Assembly: GCA_001724265.1 (NCBI GenBank)
Contig: MEDY01000002.1
Span: forward strand, 186,001-249,647
Length of the DNA: 63,647 nucleotides
Direction: 5' to 3'
From: Rhizaria sp. SCN 62-66
Lineage: Eukaryota
Shown: positions 61,701-63,647 of the stretch, in pieces
Numbering within the stretch: position 1 is the stretch's first letter
Layout of the letters: every line of letters starts with the position of its first letter
Notes under the pieces: generated by a model
Databases searched by the model: none
Told to the model about the DNA's origin: nothing
The model's input: the letters and a program-made list of their open reading frames with translations, nothing else
Translations under genes and position numbers: made by a program

Positions 61701-62408
61701 GATGCAGCTCATTGATCTGCTCCTGCGTCAACACGCTGATGGCTTTGATGCTGGTGCCAGCCGCGGGAATGTTGTTCCTGTCAATGGAAACGTGATGATC
61801 GCACCGTTGCCGCCGCATCAGCCGTCACCCCGTCTTCCGTCACCTCATTTGATGTCGCCGCGCCTGCCGTCGCCTCGCCAATCACCCCTCCAGTCCCCGT
61901 TTCAACTCCCTCAATCGATGCACGAGCCGCTGGAGCCAATGCCGCAGCATCTAGCCAACAGCAGCAGCAACAGCAGCAGCAGCCCGGCGCGGGAAGCAGC
62001 TTGCAACAGCGTGTCGTATCCTGTCGAAAGCAATGATGCTCCTATGGTGTCCGTGCCTTTGACCGCACCGGAGACGACGAATCAGAGCCACTACGGACAC
62101 ACAGTGCACATCACTGACGGTGAGCTAGAGCCTACGGCTCCTAGCACTGATGCGGAGGCTACTGCTGCAAAGCTCGCCGCTGCCGCAGCCACCGCTGCTG
62201 CTGCTCTCACTCCGGTTGACATCGTCACCACTGCAAACTTGCTCCCCAGTGCCGTGGACGTGACCGCGCGCGCAGTCGTCAGCGCTGACGCCAACGCCGA
62301 CAGCATCGTCCCCAGTGCTCCTGTGGGCGACTCGGTGCCTGCTGCCATCACCTTCACGATGTCTGCTCCTCCTCAGGCCAGTGATGTTGTGGCTGACTCC
62401 GACCTGAT

Positions 62409-62444
<36 letters not shown>

Positions 62445-62970
62445 CTCGCATCAGCCCGATCGCGCGCCTACGGCGCATAACCCTGTGACTGCTGCCGACG
62501 ACGGCGACATCATTCCGCCTGCAACCGGCCGCGACTTTGACGACGGACTCATCGTGCCGAGCCTTGGTTTCAGCGCGAGCGCCGCTGGCAAGCCAGAGTC
62601 CGGTTCCGCGGGTGTCGTCCGCGCTGGTTCATCGCAGTCTGACGGTTCCGATCATGAGCTGTCCCCGGTCGCCACAACGGACTCCCCCACTGGGAGCAGC
62701 TGCAACAATGGTGGCAGTAATGGCAGTGGATGTGGGAGCTCAGATGAGTCCGGCTCTGGTGCTCCGACGCGCGCTTCGGTGCGCGTGTCGCCGCTCGGCT
62801 ACTTGCCAATGTCTGCGGTTGCCGACTCTGGCGCTGAGGGTCGTGTGTCGTCGCGTAACGGCGGCAATACTGATGGCGACGGTGCCACGCTCGCGATCAA
62901 CAATCTTGCGCGACTTCAAAGGCTGCAACGTGCACAGAAGCAGCAGCAGCAGCAGCATCAACAGCAGTAA
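40787..62970 (+). CDS. Giant polycystin-1/PKDREJ-like receptor (about 7390 aa): signal peptide, many Sushi/CCP repeats, REJ-like region, GPS motif, about 5 TM helices, long low-complexity cytoplasmic regions; 1-nt frameshift at about 44561
   Basis: Sushi patterns (e.g. SYTCAPGAHLVSGTSIRDCTTDGIWGGETPVC) occur on both sides of the frameshift. REJ-like motifs SLVIPPYTLPAGASY, LYANASFDPD..YSWTC and LPLTYRW. GPS-like WDTSSC..TVCACTRLGLYAV at 55987-56076. PKD1-type TM contexts HVAYSIWRRSSVSRITFTRRF and WVWAV..LLFDWFITTPL. Ends in TAA. Confidence 0.85.
41582..41689 (+). repeat. 18-bp coding tandem repeat (DTGGGG)n, a flexible Gly linker
   Basis: GACACTGGCGGYGGYGGY repeated about 5 times. Confidence 0.9.
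62410..62442 (+). repeat. (CAG)11 poly-Gln
   Basis: Pure CAG run in the receptor C-terminus. Confidence 0.9.
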
Positions 62971-63647
62971 TGCTGCAGTGAACTCCCTATTCATATCTTT
63001 TTTTCATTTAATAAGGTCGAGATGTTGTTTTGTAGTGTTTTCTAAGTCAATTTATTTTATGTGGGTTTATCCCTGTCTTTATGTGAACTCATTAATTTGT
63101 GTGCTCAGCAAGTGCGATCTCGTATTGTGAACGAGCTTGGACTCGGTTCACCTCTCTCAGTTAAAACCTGTTTTTAAGTCCAATTTGCCACCCATTTTTA
63201 CGCCACAGATAAGTGTTTCTTGTATTAATAATTTGTTTGTCATCTCTTTCACAACGCTAATAGTACTAAGTCTCTTGTGTTGTATTTTTTTTATCCAGTG
63301 CCGACCTGTAGCAGCTACAACCACTCATATTGAGTGTTGTAGGTGATGTGTCACGCACTACATCCTTATTCGTCTTCCAAAATCTTCTTTTTTTGCCTAT
63401 GGTGTCAGGATCACTCCGCGCGAGATCTTATTGTGTCCCATGTGTAGTGTATTTGTTGTTTCTCTTTGCTAGTCATCTGCAAGTCGCCCGCCCCACGCAC
63501 ATGCACGACGTGTTACTTGCGTGTGTGGTATGCGACATTCATTTCATAGTTACCATCGGTCCGTCGTAGGATGGCGCGCCGACGATTTTCGCTCCGCGCG
63601 GGCCCGTCGGAAATTCCCGGAACTTTTCTTTGCCTAATAAAGACCAT

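Noticed and set aside
62968-62970. TAA after poly-Gln as possible UAA=Gln (ciliate-type code)
   Set aside because: Sequence turns AT-rich and non-coding-like right after it, as it does after TAA 26767 and TAA 14779. No TAA occurs inside any modelled coding region.
1-63647. Suppressor tRNA(CUA), rRNA, CRISPR array or transposase
   Set aside because: I saw no cloverleaf with a T-loop, no repeat-spacer array and no transposase or reverse-transcriptase motifs by eye. tRNAscan-SE and Infernal would be needed to exclude RNA genes.

Overview
Gene-dense, GC-rich eukaryotic (protist-like) nuclear DNA with 10 supportable protein-coding genes. They are: a class-2 DYRK kinase (truncated by the window edge), a 3-exon YccF-domain membrane protein, a 2592-aa low-complexity protein, a 4-exon B-box/coiled-coil protein, a 2071-aa protein with EF-hand-like and Ig-like segments, an adenylate/UMP-CMP kinase, a dysbindin-like protein, a secreted probably GPI-anchored surface protein, a Ulp1/SENP SUMO protease, and a ~7390-aa Sushi-REJ-GPS polycystin-1-like receptor split by a 1-nt frameshift. 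Main observation: TAG appears to be a sense codon. Seven in-frame TAGs interrupt four otherwise continuous genes, and my gene models contain no in-frame TAA or TGA. All nine visible gene ends use TGA (6) or TAA (3). This points to a variant nuclear genetic code in which UAG (most likely Gln) is decoupled from UAA, or to very efficient UAG readthrough. The six inferred introns (116-181 nt) share an unusual GTMCGY donor and sit near gene 5' ends. All assignments come from reading the sequence by eye; no database searches were run and the organism is not identified.
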